The translations under genes were made by a program, and so were the position numbers. Positions 49,862 through 62,011 of a stretch of DNA of 64,000 nucleotides are shown here, one piece after another. This DNA is from Candidatus Peregrinibacteria bacterium Gr01-1014_25 (lineage in GTDB: Bacteria > Patescibacteriota > Gracilibacteria > Peribacterales > Peribacteraceae): the NCBI GenBank assembly GCA_007376205.1, contig VMFU01000007.1, positions 14,118 to 78,117 on the forward strand, in the 5' to 3' direction. Within the stretch, counting starts at the first letter, position 1; every line of letters begins with the position of its first letter. The notes beneath the pieces were generated by a model. The model was not told the origin of the DNA. It saw nothing but the letters and a program-made list of their open reading frames with translations, and searched no databases.

Positions 49862-51652
49862 TCAGGCGGCCTGCAGCGCGAGAATGAAACCGATGCACAG
49901 GGACACGAGTGACCAGCCGGCGCTGCGGACCGTCCATCCCCACCACCGCGGCGCCGAGACGGCTTCGCGGGCGGCAAAGAGGGCGACCGGCAGCGCGAGG
50001 AGCAGGGAGTAGCGGAAATCCTGGCTGGACGTGAAGGGGTACGCGATGCGGAAGGCGATGTGTCCGCCGAGGATGCTGGCGAAGAGGAAGACGAGCGGCG
50101 CGGTCAGGGGCCAGCGATCCGCGTACGCCCGCAGGACGCCGAAGCCGGCGACGGCCAGCATGAGGAGGCCGAGGGCGGTGATGGCGATGCTGAGCGGCTT
50201 GAGCCAGTCGGGGAACTGGAATTCCCCCGAGAATGCGGAGCGGAAGAGGTACTCCAGGAAGAACTCGCGCCGCGCCCCGCGCCACGGGTTGTTGTAGACG
50301 TTCTGCAGGATGCCCTGCGGACTGAAGGTGAGGAAAGCTTCGAGCGTGTTCGGCACCACCATATCCCCCGTGATGGCGCCGATGTTGCCGACGACTTGGG
50401 GGCCGTTTCGGTGCTCGGCGGCGCGCGGAACGATCATGGCGGCGCTGATGCCGACGACGAGGATCGTCGACGCGATGGCGCGGGTCCACCGCGTGGGCAT
50501 CCGCGATCGGCGGTCGAGCAGGAGGCAGGCGATCCCCGCGGGGAACAGCACCAGTCCGTTCGTTTTCGTCAGTGCGCCGAGGATGATCGCCGCGCAGAAC
50601 CCGTACCATCCGCGGATCCATCCTCTCTCCCACCAGCGCAGGAGCAGCGCGACCGCGGCCAACTCAAGGAACAGAAGCAGGACGTCGTTATTGACGCGTG
50701 CCGACACGAAGATGATGGACGGAAGAAAGGCCCCCAGCGCCGTTGCGAGCGCGGCAGCCCTCGGGTGCGTCGGGAATGCGTCGCAGGCGATGCGTCCCCA
50801 CAGGACGAGACATCCGGCGACGAGCACGAAGGAGAGGATTTGCAGGAGGAATGCCGGCTCCGCCAGCGGACCGAGCAGCCATTGGCTCCCGACGAGCCAG
50901 ACCGCGCCGAGTGCGTAGTACAGCGGCGGATGGAAATATTCCCAACCTTCGTCGACCGGGGGCAGGCGCCAGTGCTCCGCGATGTACTGGACGTACTCCA
51001 GATGGGCGGTCGCGTCGTGGCCGCGGGTGACGTACGTGGTTCCCAGAACGTAGACCAGGTGCACGAGCAGCGCGGCGATGATGACGAAAGCGGCTCCCCG
51101 CTGCGGCGCTGTCGATGCGATGCGGCGGGCGATGCGCCACCCGTACCACGCGACGAGAATGAGGAGAAACACGCGTGCCAGCAGCGGGGCAACGGCGAGC
51201 GAGTGGGGGACGATGCGCAGACCGCCGACATTGCCTGCATCCGAGATATCGGCGCGCAGGACATTGCGGCCGATGTGGAGCGCGGAGGAGAGATCGAGTG
51301 CGACACCGCCGCCGTAATCGCAGCGGTGTTCCGGAGGAACGGTGACCGGGTGGTCGTTGATCCACAGGCCTTCGAGGCAGTCATCGGGAATGACGCGTAA
51401 TTGCCGCGTCGACCACCGTCCGACGTCGAGGGGAACTTCCACCCTCATCCGCGACTTCTCCGTCTTGATCGCAACGGGCAAGATCGTCTCCAATGGCGGC
51501 AATCCCTCGCGGTGGACGGTTGCCATGCCGGCGCGGGGCGACGCACCGCGGTGGAACGCGATGATCGCAGCAAGGCCCAGCGCGAAGAGGGCCGTCGAGG
51601 ACAGGAGGGAATACGCTGCGGATGAACGCGCTCGAGCGGCCGCGGAAATCAT
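49862..51652 (-). CDS. GT-C (ArnT/PMT-like) multi-TM glycosyltransferase with extracellular beta-sandwich domain
   Basis: HD..AH..Y, HPPLYY, VNND, LTK.NG, QDFRY; N-terminal PDDCL...IND. Confidence 0.75.
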   Translation of the reverse strand: MISAAARARSSAAYSLLSSTALFALGLAAIIAFHRGASPRAGMATVHREGLPPLETILPVAIKTEKSRMRVEVPLDVGRWSTRQLRVIPDDCLEGLWINDHPVTVPPEHRCDYGGGVALDLSSALHIGRNVLRADISDAGNVGGLRIVPHSLAVAPLLARVFLLILVAWYGWRIARRIASTAPQRGAAFVIIAALLVHLVYVLGTTYVTRGHDATAHLEYVQYIAEHWRLPPVDEGWEYFHPPLYYALGAVWLVGSQWLLGPLAEPAFLLQILSFVLVAGCLVLWGRIACDAFPTHPRAAALATALGAFLPSIIFVSARVNNDVLLLFLELAAVALLLRWWERGWIRGWYGFCAAIILGALTKTNGLVLFPAGIACLLLDRRSRMPTRWTRAIASTILVVGISAAMIVPRAAEHRNGPQVVGNIGAITGDMVVPNTLEAFLTFSPQGILQNVYNNPWRGARREFFLEYLFRSAFSGEFQFPDWLKPLSIAITALGLLMLAVAGFGVLRAYADRWPLTAPLVFLFASILGGHIAFRIAYPFTSSQDFRYSLLLALPVALFAAREAVSAPRWWGWTVRSAGWSLVSLCIGFILALQAA

Positions 51653-51718
51653 GGCGCATAGCGTAGCAGCAGGGGTGCTCTCTTTTTTCTTGCCAAAGTG
51701 TATGGGAGGATGCCCGCC

Positions 51719-52399
51719 ATGAATGTCTCCATCGTGCTGCCGTGCTACAACGAAGAGGCGACGATCGCCTGCACCGTCGCGGACGTCGCCGCGTGGATGG
51801 AGCGCGAGCACATCGGCGGCGAGATCATCGTCGTCGATGACGGATCGCGGGACAGCACCCCGTCAGTCCTGGCCGGGCTGTCGGGAGGGCATCCCGCTCT
51901 GCGCGTCGTGCGGCACGAACGCAATCAGGGGTATGGCATCGCCGTGCGATCCGGATGCGACGCGGCCAGGGAGGAGGTGATCGCGTTCATGGACAGCGAC
52001 GGGCAGTTCCACGCCGAGGACATCGGTCGACTGCTGCCGCACCTCCAGCGCTACGCGTTCGTCACGGGTCGCCGCCGCCGCCGCGCGGACCCTCCGCTCC
52101 GCGGCCTCCTCGGCAAGCTCCTGGGCATCCTCACGTGGATCACCTTCGGTCTCTGGGTGCGCGATGTGAATTGCGGCCTGAAGGCGTTCCGTCGTTCGCT
52201 CTGGCCGGACATCCGTCCCGAGCACGGCGTGGAAAAGCTCTTCAACACGGAGATGTTCCTCCGTCTCAAGCGCCGGAATATCCCCTGGATGCAGGTGGAC
52301 GTTCCGCACTATCCGCGGCTTGCGGGAACCCCCACCGGCGCGAAGTTCTCGGTGATCGTGCGGATGTTCCGCGAGCTGTGGGCGCTGCGGCGCGCCTAG
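51719..52399 (+). CDS. GT2 glycosyltransferase (polyprenol-phosphate mannose synthase-like)
   Basis: SIVLPCYNEE, VVDDGSRD, NQGYG, MDSDGQ, DVNCGLKAFRR. Confidence 0.92.
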   Translation: MNVSIVLPCYNEEATIACTVADVAAWMEREHIGGEIIVVDDGSRDSTPSVLAGLSGGHPALRVVRHERNQGYGIAVRSGCDAAREEVIAFMDSDGQFHAEDIGRLLPHLQRYAFVTGRRRRRADPPLRGLLGKLLGILTWITFGLWVRDVNCGLKAFRRSLWPDIRPEHGVEKLFNTEMFLRLKRRNIPWMQVDVPHYPRLAGTPTGAKFSVIVRMFRELWALRRA

Positions 52400-53919
52400 C
52401 GTTCTTCCTGCGGCGGGGGCGGATGGGGCGTGGCGATTTTGCTCTGGCGCGAACACCGCGCGCAGCGCATCTCCCACAGGTCGTTCCAGTTGCGCAGCTC
52501 GAACGCCTCGTCGCTGATCGGCTCGTAGTAGGTCAGCGGTCGGAAGACCTGAAACGCTCCAAACGTGAGGATGGCAAGAAGAAGGATGAAGGCGGAACGG
52601 TGCTCATCGCGCAGTTGCAGCGGCCCCCACGTGCGGATCGCGCGGACGCAGAGGGGCAGCATCATCAGCGTGAAGAGCAGCGGCAGGAAGTAGTGGTACA
52701 GATAGAGCACGCGGTCGATCTGACTCATGACGCCCATGAAACCGACGTACATCACCAGGAGCGTCACCAGGACGGGGCGTTGCGGGAGAAGCTGGGACGA
52801 GCCCAGGAAGAAATCGGCGAGCAGCAGACTGACGGTGAGCAGCAGCGCTACGAGGCCGATGCCCCATACGGCAGGATTGGGAACGAGGTAGAGGTACTGG
52901 TAGAGCGTGCTGTCGGGGGTTTCCCAGCGATAGCTGATCGTGCGCGAGCCGATGGGCCAGAAGAACGGATGGCTTCCGTTCTCATCATCCTTGCACAGGT
53001 CCAGCGCCGGCACGCCGCTCTCGTAGTGGCTGACGTAGCGTAGATGATCCCGCAGCAGTCTGGGGAAGAGCAGCAGCGACGACGTCCGGCCTTCGGCGAG
53101 GACGCTCTTGTAGTGCTCGGATGCCTGGTAGTAGCCGTTATCCGACAGACTGCTGACGACCCGGGCGCCTTGCGCGATGTGGAAGTACCACACGGCGGAG
53201 AACGTCAGGAAGAACGCCGCCGCGGAAAGGCACGCCGCCTTGATCAGGAATCGCCGCTGCTTCCACAGCGACCACGCTATCAGGAGGGCGAGGGGGCCAA
53301 AGATCAGCGAGAAGACTTTCGTGGTGACGGCACACCCCAGCGCGACACCGAAGAGGATGCATGCGGCCAGGCAACGCCGGGGGTTGTTCTTCCACTCAAC
53401 CGCGAGCAGCGCGCTGAGCACGGTGAGCATGCTGAAGAAAATCAGTGGCCCCTCCAGCATGGCTCCCCGCAGCTGCACGATGAAAGCGTTCTCGAAGACG
53501 TAGAGGAAGCTGTAGAGCAGCGCGTGGATTGGGTTGCGACTGAGGAGGAGAAAGATCAGGAAGAGCAGGGGGGCCGCGAGCCACGCGAGCATGGCGGGGA
53601 AGAACCGATAGCCGACGAGGGAGAAACCCCCGGGCGGATTGCTCGCGTAGTCCGTACCGATGAACTGATCGTTCCGCTCGTTCTGCCGCAGAAGAGCCTC
53701 GCCCGCGGCGATGAGAAGTTTGCCGAGCGGCGGGTGCGGTTCCATGAAGTACACGCCGTTCAGGTACTTCTGCGCGGCCGCCACGTGGTAATTTTCGTCC
53801 CAGTAGAAGGAACGGGGGAACGTGTAGCGGTAGAAGTACGTGAAAAAGGAGAGCAGGGTGACGAGGCCGAGGCAGAGCCAGAACAGACGGCGCGGCGACG
53901 CCGGTGCGAGGGCGACCAT
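52396..53919 (-). CDS. Protein O-mannosyltransferase (PMT, GT39)-like
   Basis: YWDENYH, HPPLGKLLI, SHPFFWP, PNPAVW, RVLYLYHY. Confidence 0.85.
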   Translation of the reverse strand: MVALAPASPRRLFWLCLGLVTLLSFFTYFYRYTFPRSFYWDENYHVAAAQKYLNGVYFMEPHPPLGKLLIAAGEALLRQNERNDQFIGTDYASNPPGGFSLVGYRFFPAMLAWLAAPLLFLIFLLLSRNPIHALLYSFLYVFENAFIVQLRGAMLEGPLIFFSMLTVLSALLAVEWKNNPRRCLAACILFGVALGCAVTTKVFSLIFGPLALLIAWSLWKQRRFLIKAACLSAAAFFLTFSAVWYFHIAQGARVVSSLSDNGYYQASEHYKSVLAEGRTSSLLLFPRLLRDHLRYVSHYESGVPALDLCKDDENGSHPFFWPIGSRTISYRWETPDSTLYQYLYLVPNPAVWGIGLVALLLTVSLLLADFFLGSSQLLPQRPVLVTLLVMYVGFMGVMSQIDRVLYLYHYFLPLLFTLMMLPLCVRAIRTWGPLQLRDEHRSAFILLLAILTFGAFQVFRPLTYYEPISDEAFELRNWNDLWEMRCARCSRQSKIATPHPPPPQEER

Positions 53920-54026
53920 GGCGGGAAGTCTAAGAGAGGCCGCCTGGGCCGTCGAGGGCGCTGTGAAGGCGAATTGTCATCTATGGCTATGCAGAGCCAA
54001 AAAAATATGCTATACTACGGAGATTC

Positions 54027-55352
54027 ATGGATAGCCTCCTGACAAGCCACACGGCGGTCGTCCTCCTCGCGGTCGGGGCTCTCGCAGCCTTCGATCTCTC
54101 GCAGCGCCTGCGCCACCGCAACTTCCACCTGCTCTTCGCGGTGACCTTCGGATCGATCTGCTCCGCGGCGATCATCGCGGTGGGAAAGGCACTCCTGACG
54201 CCGGGTGCGGCGGTGAACGCATACCTGGCGACGCTCGTCGTCCTCCTGCTCGTTCTCGGATGGAAAGCGCTCTTCGGCCCCTGGGAACCGGAGGCCAAGG
54301 CCGCGGTCCTCGGAACGTTCCTGTTTTGGATCGGGCTGATCATCCTGGGCGGACAGAATCCCAAGGAGCGCTACGCGCACCTCATCGCAGGCGCCGTCGC
54401 GTTCGTGCCGGCGTTGATCTGGTGCTCTCTGTTCCTGAAGTATCACACCGAGCGGCGTGCCGCCGTCCTGCTCCTGTTTCTGTCGGGCATGCTTGCGACG
54501 GTGCCGATCCTCTTCTACGACGCGCTCGTCCGCCATCACATCGAATTGTCGCTCTTCCTCGGGCGCATCGTGCCGGAGGGATTCCATCAGACGACCGACG
54601 CGTTCGTCCGCGGCTCGCTCGGCCTGGAGGGGTTGCGTGCCGTGCTCGCCGCGAGCTTCGGGGCGTTCCTCGTGGTCGGCCTGATCGAAGAGTGCAGCAA
54701 GTACTGGGTCGTCCGCCGCAGTGGAGCGCGCCTGTTCTCGAGTATCGACGACGTCCTCCAGCTCTCGATCATCGCGGCGATCGGCTTCTCGTTCGCGGAG
54801 AACATCGTAAACCCCACGTACTTCCAGAGCTTCGTGCAGCAGTACCTCCTCCAGCCCGGCAAGACGGATGCTCTCGGGTTCGTCAGCAACGTGCTCGGCC
54901 GTTCGGTGCTTACCAGCATGGTGCACATCGTTTCGACGGGCGTCATGGGCTACTTCCTGGGACTCGCGATCTTCGCCCATCCCTACCTCCTCGAGCGCCG
55001 CTCCTCGGGCGCGCGTCTGGGCATCTCCGGCGTGCTCGCGCGCGTGCTGCGCGTCAGGGAGGAGCGCATCTTCCGCGGCGAGATGGTCGTGCAAGGCATT
55101 CTCATCGCGGTCATGCTGCACGGGACGTTCAACTTCCTCGTCACCGTCAGCGACTTGCTGCCCTCGCAGCCCCAGACCGTCGGCGATCTGCTCGGCGCGA
55201 CCGCTCCGGCCGTCCTCCAGTCCATTCCGCTCCTGCTCATCCCCGCGCTCCTCTACGTCGTGGGGGGATTCTGGCTGTTGACGTGGCTCTTCCTTCTTAA
55301 GGAGAATGCGAAGGAGCGCGTGCGCGTCGATATCGAGGAAGTCGGGGCATGA
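54027..55352 (+). CDS. PrsW-family intramembrane metalloprotease
   Basis: GLIEECSK, GFSFAEN, MVHI, LHGTFN in a multi-TM protein. Confidence 0.85.
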   Translation: MDSLLTSHTAVVLLAVGALAAFDLSQRLRHRNFHLLFAVTFGSICSAAIIAVGKALLTPGAAVNAYLATLVVLLLVLGWKALFGPWEPEAKAAVLGTFLFWIGLIILGGQNPKERYAHLIAGAVAFVPALIWCSLFLKYHTERRAAVLLLFLSGMLATVPILFYDALVRHHIELSLFLGRIVPEGFHQTTDAFVRGSLGLEGLRAVLAASFGAFLVVGLIEECSKYWVVRRSGARLFSSIDDVLQLSIIAAIGFSFAENIVNPTYFQSFVQQYLLQPGKTDALGFVSNVLGRSVLTSMVHIVSTGVMGYFLGLAIFAHPYLLERRSSGARLGISGVLARVLRVREERIFRGEMVVQGILIAVMLHGTFNFLVTVSDLLPSQPQTVGDLLGATAPAVLQSIPLLLIPALLYVVGGFWLLTWLFLLKENAKERVRVDIEEVGA

Positions 55353-55473
55353 ATATTGCTCTATGGCTGAATAGCCAAAGGGTTTGACGATGTGAATTTT
55401 CAAGATTTCTTGGATCGTGAATATATATTTGTTGTTTCCTTTCCATATCTATCTTGCCTACAATGCCGCGGTC

Positions 55474-57108
55474 ATGCGCATTGTTCGTGCCACGATTGGC
55501 TGGTCGCTGACGCTCGCCACGGCGCTGGCGTTCGCGCTGCCCGGTCCATCCGCGTTCGCCGCGACGTACTGGTTCGACCGGCTTCCCCAGAGCGACGCGC
55601 CCATCAGTCGTGGGGATTTCATTCGCGCCGCCATCGATGCTCTCGAGATTCCGACCGATGCCCGCACGTCTTTGCCCTACCGGCGCCCCGTGCCGTCCGC
55701 CATCAAGCCTTTCGTTGCCGCGGCCTATACGCGCGGCGCGCTCAAGCATTTCGGTGATGAACTGTTCCCTGGCCGCCCGATCACGACGGGCGATGCGCTC
55801 CAGATGCTTGTGGCGATCCAGGGTCTGGATGCCAAGGGCAAGTCGCGCACTTTTCCGGATGTCCCGCCGGGCAGCGCACTCGATAACGCCGTGCAGGCGG
55901 CGCTCGAAAAAGGATGGATCGAACCGGGGCGTCCGAACCGCTTCGGCGTCGATCGCGTGATGTCCGGCAAAGCGACGCGCATCCTCCTGCGCAAGGTGCT
56001 CGGCGAGGATGACGATACGGGAGAGAAGATCGTCATCCGCTTCACGAACAACGTCTCGCGCAAGCCGTTGCCGCGCCAGGAACTCCTGCAATCCATCTGG
56101 TACCTGATCAATGAGCAGTACCTCTATAAGGAGAAGATCACGGACGATGCCGTGCTCAAGGCGGCGGAGGCGCTGGTGCAGAGCCTGGAGGATCCGTACA
56201 CCGCCTACGTCCGTCCGGCCAAAACGGAGGTGTACCAGAGCCGCATTCAGGGGCGCGTGACGGGAATCGGGGCGCAGGTCGAGTACACCGACAACGCGCT
56301 GGTCATCGTTGCGCCGTTCCCTAATTCGCCGGCGAAGAAGGCCGGCCTGCAGGCCGGCGACCAGATTCTGTTCGCCGATGGCGTCAGCCTGGCCGGAATG
56401 ACCGTGGAGGGGGCGGTGAGCAAAGTACGCGGTCCAGAGGGCTCGACCGTGGTCCTCACGGTGCGTAGGGGGTCGCAGACGTTCGACGTCTCCGTCGTTC
56501 GCGCCGTGGTGGCGGTTCCGGAAATCGATACCTCGTGGATGCAGGGCATCGCCGTGGTCCATCTGTTCCAGTTCGGCGAGCGAACGGAGCGGGAGCTGCG
56601 GCCGACGCTGCAGGAGATCGCCCGTCAGGAACCCCGCGGCATCGTCCTTGATCTGCGCAACAATCCGGGAGGACTCCTCGATGCCGCCGAAGTCGTGTTG
56701 AGCAATTTCCTGCCCCAGGGATCGGTCGTCGCGCGCATCGTCGGGCGCGATGGTGAGTACGCCGAAGAGACGGACGACCCGCCGGTCATTCCGGAGAAGA
56801 CCCCCGTCGTCGTGCTAGTGAACAAGGGGTCTGCGAGCGCGTCGGAGATCGTCGCAGGCGCGTTGCAGGATGCGGGCCGTGCCGTCCTCGTCGGCGAGAA
56901 AACGTTCGGCAAGGGCACGGTGCAGCAAATCATCGACTTCCACGACGGATCCAGCCTGCGCATGACCGTCGCCGAATGGCTGACGCCAAGCGGCCGCAAG
57001 ATTAATAAAGAGGGCATCGAACCGGACTTCACGGTGCGCGGCGATGAGGAGCGCGACGCGCAGCTCGTGAAAGCGCTGGATCTGATCAGCGCCCGCACGA
57101 TTCGATAG
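55474..57108 (+). CDS. S41 C-terminal processing protease with SLH-like N-terminus and PDZ domain
   Basis: DPYT, GIGA, DLRNNPGG, SASASEIVAG, GKGTVQ. Confidence 0.92.
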   Translation: MRIVRATIGWSLTLATALAFALPGPSAFAATYWFDRLPQSDAPISRGDFIRAAIDALEIPTDARTSLPYRRPVPSAIKPFVAAAYTRGALKHFGDELFPGRPITTGDALQMLVAIQGLDAKGKSRTFPDVPPGSALDNAVQAALEKGWIEPGRPNRFGVDRVMSGKATRILLRKVLGEDDDTGEKIVIRFTNNVSRKPLPRQELLQSIWYLINEQYLYKEKITDDAVLKAAEALVQSLEDPYTAYVRPAKTEVYQSRIQGRVTGIGAQVEYTDNALVIVAPFPNSPAKKAGLQAGDQILFADGVSLAGMTVEGAVSKVRGPEGSTVVLTVRRGSQTFDVSVVRAVVAVPEIDTSWMQGIAVVHLFQFGERTERELRPTLQEIARQEPRGIVLDLRNNPGGLLDAAEVVLSNFLPQGSVVARIVGRDGEYAEETDDPPVIPEKTPVVVLVNKGSASASEIVAGALQDAGRAVLVGEKTFGKGTVQQIIDFHDGSSLRMTVAEWLTPSGRKINKEGIEPDFTVRGDEERDAQLVKALDLISARTIR

Positions 57109-57126
57109 TCGTTCCGGCAAAGAAAC

Positions 57127-57159
57127 GTCCTCGGTTTCATCGGTCTCACCGGTCTCCTC
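57127..57159 (-). repeat. 9-nt GARACCGAN array after the rpsU stop
   Basis: Minus strand GAGACCGGT GAGACCGAT GAAACCGAG. Confidence 0.75.
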
Positions 57160-57165
57160 CCGTCA

Positions 57166-57381
57166 TTACATGTTCGAGTAGAACTTCTTCTTGCGGTTCG
57201 CCGTGCGGAATTCCTCCCGCTTCAGCGCGCGCAGGCGGCCAAGACGCTTGTTTGGCTTCTTCTTGCGGACGTTGCGCTCGCGCATCATCTTGATGAGGCC
57301 CGATTTCTGGACCTGTTGTTTGAACCGCTGCTGGACGCGGTCGTTGGATTCGTCGGCCTTGCGGATAGCGTAGATAGCCAT
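57166..57381 (-). CDS. rpsU: 30S ribosomal protein S21
   Basis: 71-aa basic protein: RK.DES....QRFKQQVQKSG, KKPNKR..R. Confidence 0.8.
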   Translation of the reverse strand: MAIYAIRKADESNDRVQQRFKQQVQKSGLIKMMRERNVRKKKPNKRLGRLRALKREEFRTANRKKKFYSNM

Positions 57382-57444
57382 AGAAAGCCTGGAGAGGGTA
57401 GAGGAGTGGATTGGTGGGCGCAAGGCTTTTCTCGCCGCCTGTGA

Positions 57445-59517
<2,073 letters not shown>

Positions 59518-59553
59518 GAGACCAATGAGACCGAGGAGTCCGAGGAAACCGAC
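59518..59553 (+). repeat. 9-nt GARACCGAN array immediately after the gyrB stop
   Basis: GAGACCAAT GAGACCGAG GAGTCCGAG GAAACCGAC. Confidence 0.8.
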
Positions 59554-59565
59554 CGGAACGTTCTG

Positions 59566-60909
59566 CTAATCTTCATCCACCGCCCCGAATCCGTCCTTCA
59601 GCACGTAGCGGTCCAGGTTCTTCTTGCCGATGAGCTCGACGACCGCTGGGAGCGCCTCGTCGAAGGGCATCTCCTTCTGCTTGCCGGCCTTCATGTCGCG
59701 CAGGATCACCGTGTTCTTCAGCACTTCCATCTTGCCGAGCAGCAGGCAGTACTTCACGTCGAACCGGTCCGCCAGGCGCATCTGGCTCTTCAAGCTGGCC
59801 TCGCCGAGAGCGCCGAGCGTGTGAACGCCCCGGTCCCGCAGCGTCGCGATGAGCCGCAGACACTGCTTCTTCGCCTCGGGGCCGAGCTGTGCGACGAAGA
59901 TGTCCACCTGATCCTTGTTGGGCGCCTGAATGCCCGCCTCCTTCATGTGCCAGACGATGCGTTCCATGCCGCAAGCGAATCCGACACCGGGCGTCGGCTT
60001 GCCGCCGAGGAGCTCGATCAGCGCGTCGTACCGTCCTCCGCCGCCGACGGCGTTCTGTGCGCCTTCCGATCTGTCCCAGTACTCGAAGACCGTCTGCGTG
60101 TAGTAATCGAGACCGCGCACCAGTCCGGCATTCTCGACAAACGGCACGCCGAGCTCCTGGAGATACTCCAGCACCGTTGCGTGATACAGCTTGCTGTCGT
60201 CGCCTACGAACTGCGCGAGCGTCGGAGCGTTCTTCAAAAGAATCCGCGTATCCTCCTCCTTCGAGTCGAGCAGCCGCAGAGGACTGGTCTGGAGCCGCTT
60301 GCGGTCGAGCTCGGGGAGGTGGCGCTCTTTGCCGATGAAGTACTCCTTGAGCGCCTCGGCGAATGCCTTGCGGTTCTCGGCGACGCCGATGTTATTGATC
60401 TGCAGCGTGAGGCGGTCGAGGATCTTCAAGTCCGCGAGGATGTTCGAGAGCACGTGGATCATCTGCGCGTCGAGGCTGGGATCCTTCAGGCCAATGATCT
60501 CGAAGTCGAACTGGTGGAACTGGCGGTAGCGACCCTTCTGCGGACGGTCGTGACGGAAGCACTGGCCGATCGCGTACAGTTCGACCGGCTGCGGGAGCTG
60601 GTCCATCGCGTGCTCAATGTACGAGCGGCAGATGCCCGCCGTGAATTCCGGGCGGAGCGCGAAATCCTGGTCGGCCTTCTCCGCGTGCGGCGAGCCGACG
60701 ACGAAGAGCTCCTTCTCGACGATGTCCGTGTGTGCGCCGATGCCGCGCTCAAAAATGCCGCGGTACTCGAACATCGGTGTGTCGATGCGCTTGTAGCCGG
60801 CCTGGCGTGCGCGGTGACGCACGGCCTTCTTGATGAAGGTCATGTAGACGTGGTCCTCGGGAAGGACGTCGTGCGTGCCTTTGGGAGTACGGAAGAGGGG
60901 ATCGGCCAT
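59566..60909 (-). CDS. hisS: Histidine--tRNA ligase
   Basis: PKGTHD, LRPEFTA, FRHDRPQKGRYRQFHQ, LVRGLDYYT, GGGRYD, GMER. Confidence 0.98.
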   Translation of the reverse strand: MADPLFRTPKGTHDVLPEDHVYMTFIKKAVRHRARQAGYKRIDTPMFEYRGIFERGIGAHTDIVEKELFVVGSPHAEKADQDFALRPEFTAGICRSYIEHAMDQLPQPVELYAIGQCFRHDRPQKGRYRQFHQFDFEIIGLKDPSLDAQMIHVLSNILADLKILDRLTLQINNIGVAENRKAFAEALKEYFIGKERHLPELDRKRLQTSPLRLLDSKEEDTRILLKNAPTLAQFVGDDSKLYHATVLEYLQELGVPFVENAGLVRGLDYYTQTVFEYWDRSEGAQNAVGGGGRYDALIELLGGKPTPGVGFACGMERIVWHMKEAGIQAPNKDQVDIFVAQLGPEAKKQCLRLIATLRDRGVHTLGALGEASLKSQMRLADRFDVKYCLLLGKMEVLKNTVILRDMKAGKQKEMPFDEALPAVVELIGKKNLDRYVLKDGFGAVDED

Positions 60910-61067
60910 AATGAGGTGTGCGGAAAAGTGTACCAGCCGCGCACCGCATCGGGAAGGGTGAATATCAAGTGTTCAGCGCTGCAATTCGACGACCTAAGCA
61001 AAGCAACACCGTTAGCGCCTCGGTTTCTTCGTGGACGGTTCAATGAGGAGATACGGAGGAGTCAGTA

Positions 61068-61658
61068 TCAGATGCGATTCCGCAAATGCGCATCAATTTG
61101 CTGCTGCAGGCTTATAGCCAGCTGACAAACTTCTGTCGGATAAGACGGAGTGGCAATGGCGATGAGAATGTCTCTCGCAATTGCATAGTTTCCATTTTTC
61201 ATTGCCTCTTGAACTATTGGGATCATCAGCGGCTGTTTCTCTTTCGGCAAGAAGGCACCACAGCCAAATGAAATATAATGCCAGTCACCCGCAGGACACC
61301 TTGTCGCAGCCAGATATGTGCGCAGAAGATGTTCACGATAATCGGGGTCGCAAGCTGCGAGCAACGCGACGAGCTTCTGATCCTTCATTCCGAGCAGTTC
61401 GAGTGAACGTTGAATTTCTTGGAGTGATGTATGTTCTTGCCCATCCTCGCTTGCGGACCCCCTCAACTCCTTAAGAAAATTTTGCAGTCTTGTAATTTCT
61501 CCTTCGAGAAGCCCTTTCACCCTTTCTGTGCAGAGTTCTTCATCGTAGTTTGGCAATCGGCCAACAAACTGACTTTCGTCATCAGTTGCTCGCTCGAGCC
61601 CGATTGCAGCGGAGCTTGTCCCTCTCAAAGTGCGTTGGACTATCTCTTTACTAGCCAT
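61068..61658 (-). CDS. Low-GC orphan hypothetical protein
   Basis: 196-aa ORF, visibly AT-richer than its flanks; TTGACA promoter just past the tRNA 3' end. Confidence 0.6.
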   Translation of the reverse strand: MASKEIVQRTLRGTSSAAIGLERATDDESQFVGRLPNYDEELCTERVKGLLEGEITRLQNFLKELRGSASEDGQEHTSLQEIQRSLELLGMKDQKLVALLAACDPDYREHLLRTYLAATRCPAGDWHYISFGCGAFLPKEKQPLMIPIVQEAMKNGNYAIARDILIAIATPSYPTEVCQLAISLQQQIDAHLRNRI

Positions 61659-61711
61659 GGGCGGATTGGGAAAGTTATTTGTAATTTAGAATCTCTGTAG
61701 TATTTGTCAAG

Positions 61712-61789
61712 TGGGGCGAGCGACGGGATTCGAACCCGCGACCTTCTGGACCACAACCAGACGCTCTAACCAGCTGAGCTACGCTCGCC
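61712..61789 (-). tRNA. tRNA-His(GUG) with encoded G-1 and CCA
   Basis: GGCGAGCGTAGCTCAGCTGGTTAGAGCG-TCTGG-TTGTGGT-CCAGA-AGGTCGCGGGTTCGAATCCCGTCGCTCGCCCCA. Confidence 0.97.
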
Positions 61790-62011
61790 GCGGCCCGAAC
61801 ATGCTACACATTCTGGGGGAGAAAACGAAGAACGGATTTACCATGAGCCTTAGCCGATGATTGACTGCACTAGCACAGTATGTACAATTCACTTTCTCCG
61901 GTATTGCCGGAGCGATCTTTCCGACGTTCCGCCTCCCGCTTGCGAAGCATTCATGCGAATGTTTTGCGAGCGGAAGGCACTGGGCTGACCGCGATTCAAC
62001 CGGAGGCACGC

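Noticed and set aside
51705..51721. GGAGG before the GT2 gene as a member of the SD-led class
   Set aside because: Equally readable as a GAGGAT -10 element 7 nt before the ATG; no structured leader or boxA-like motif
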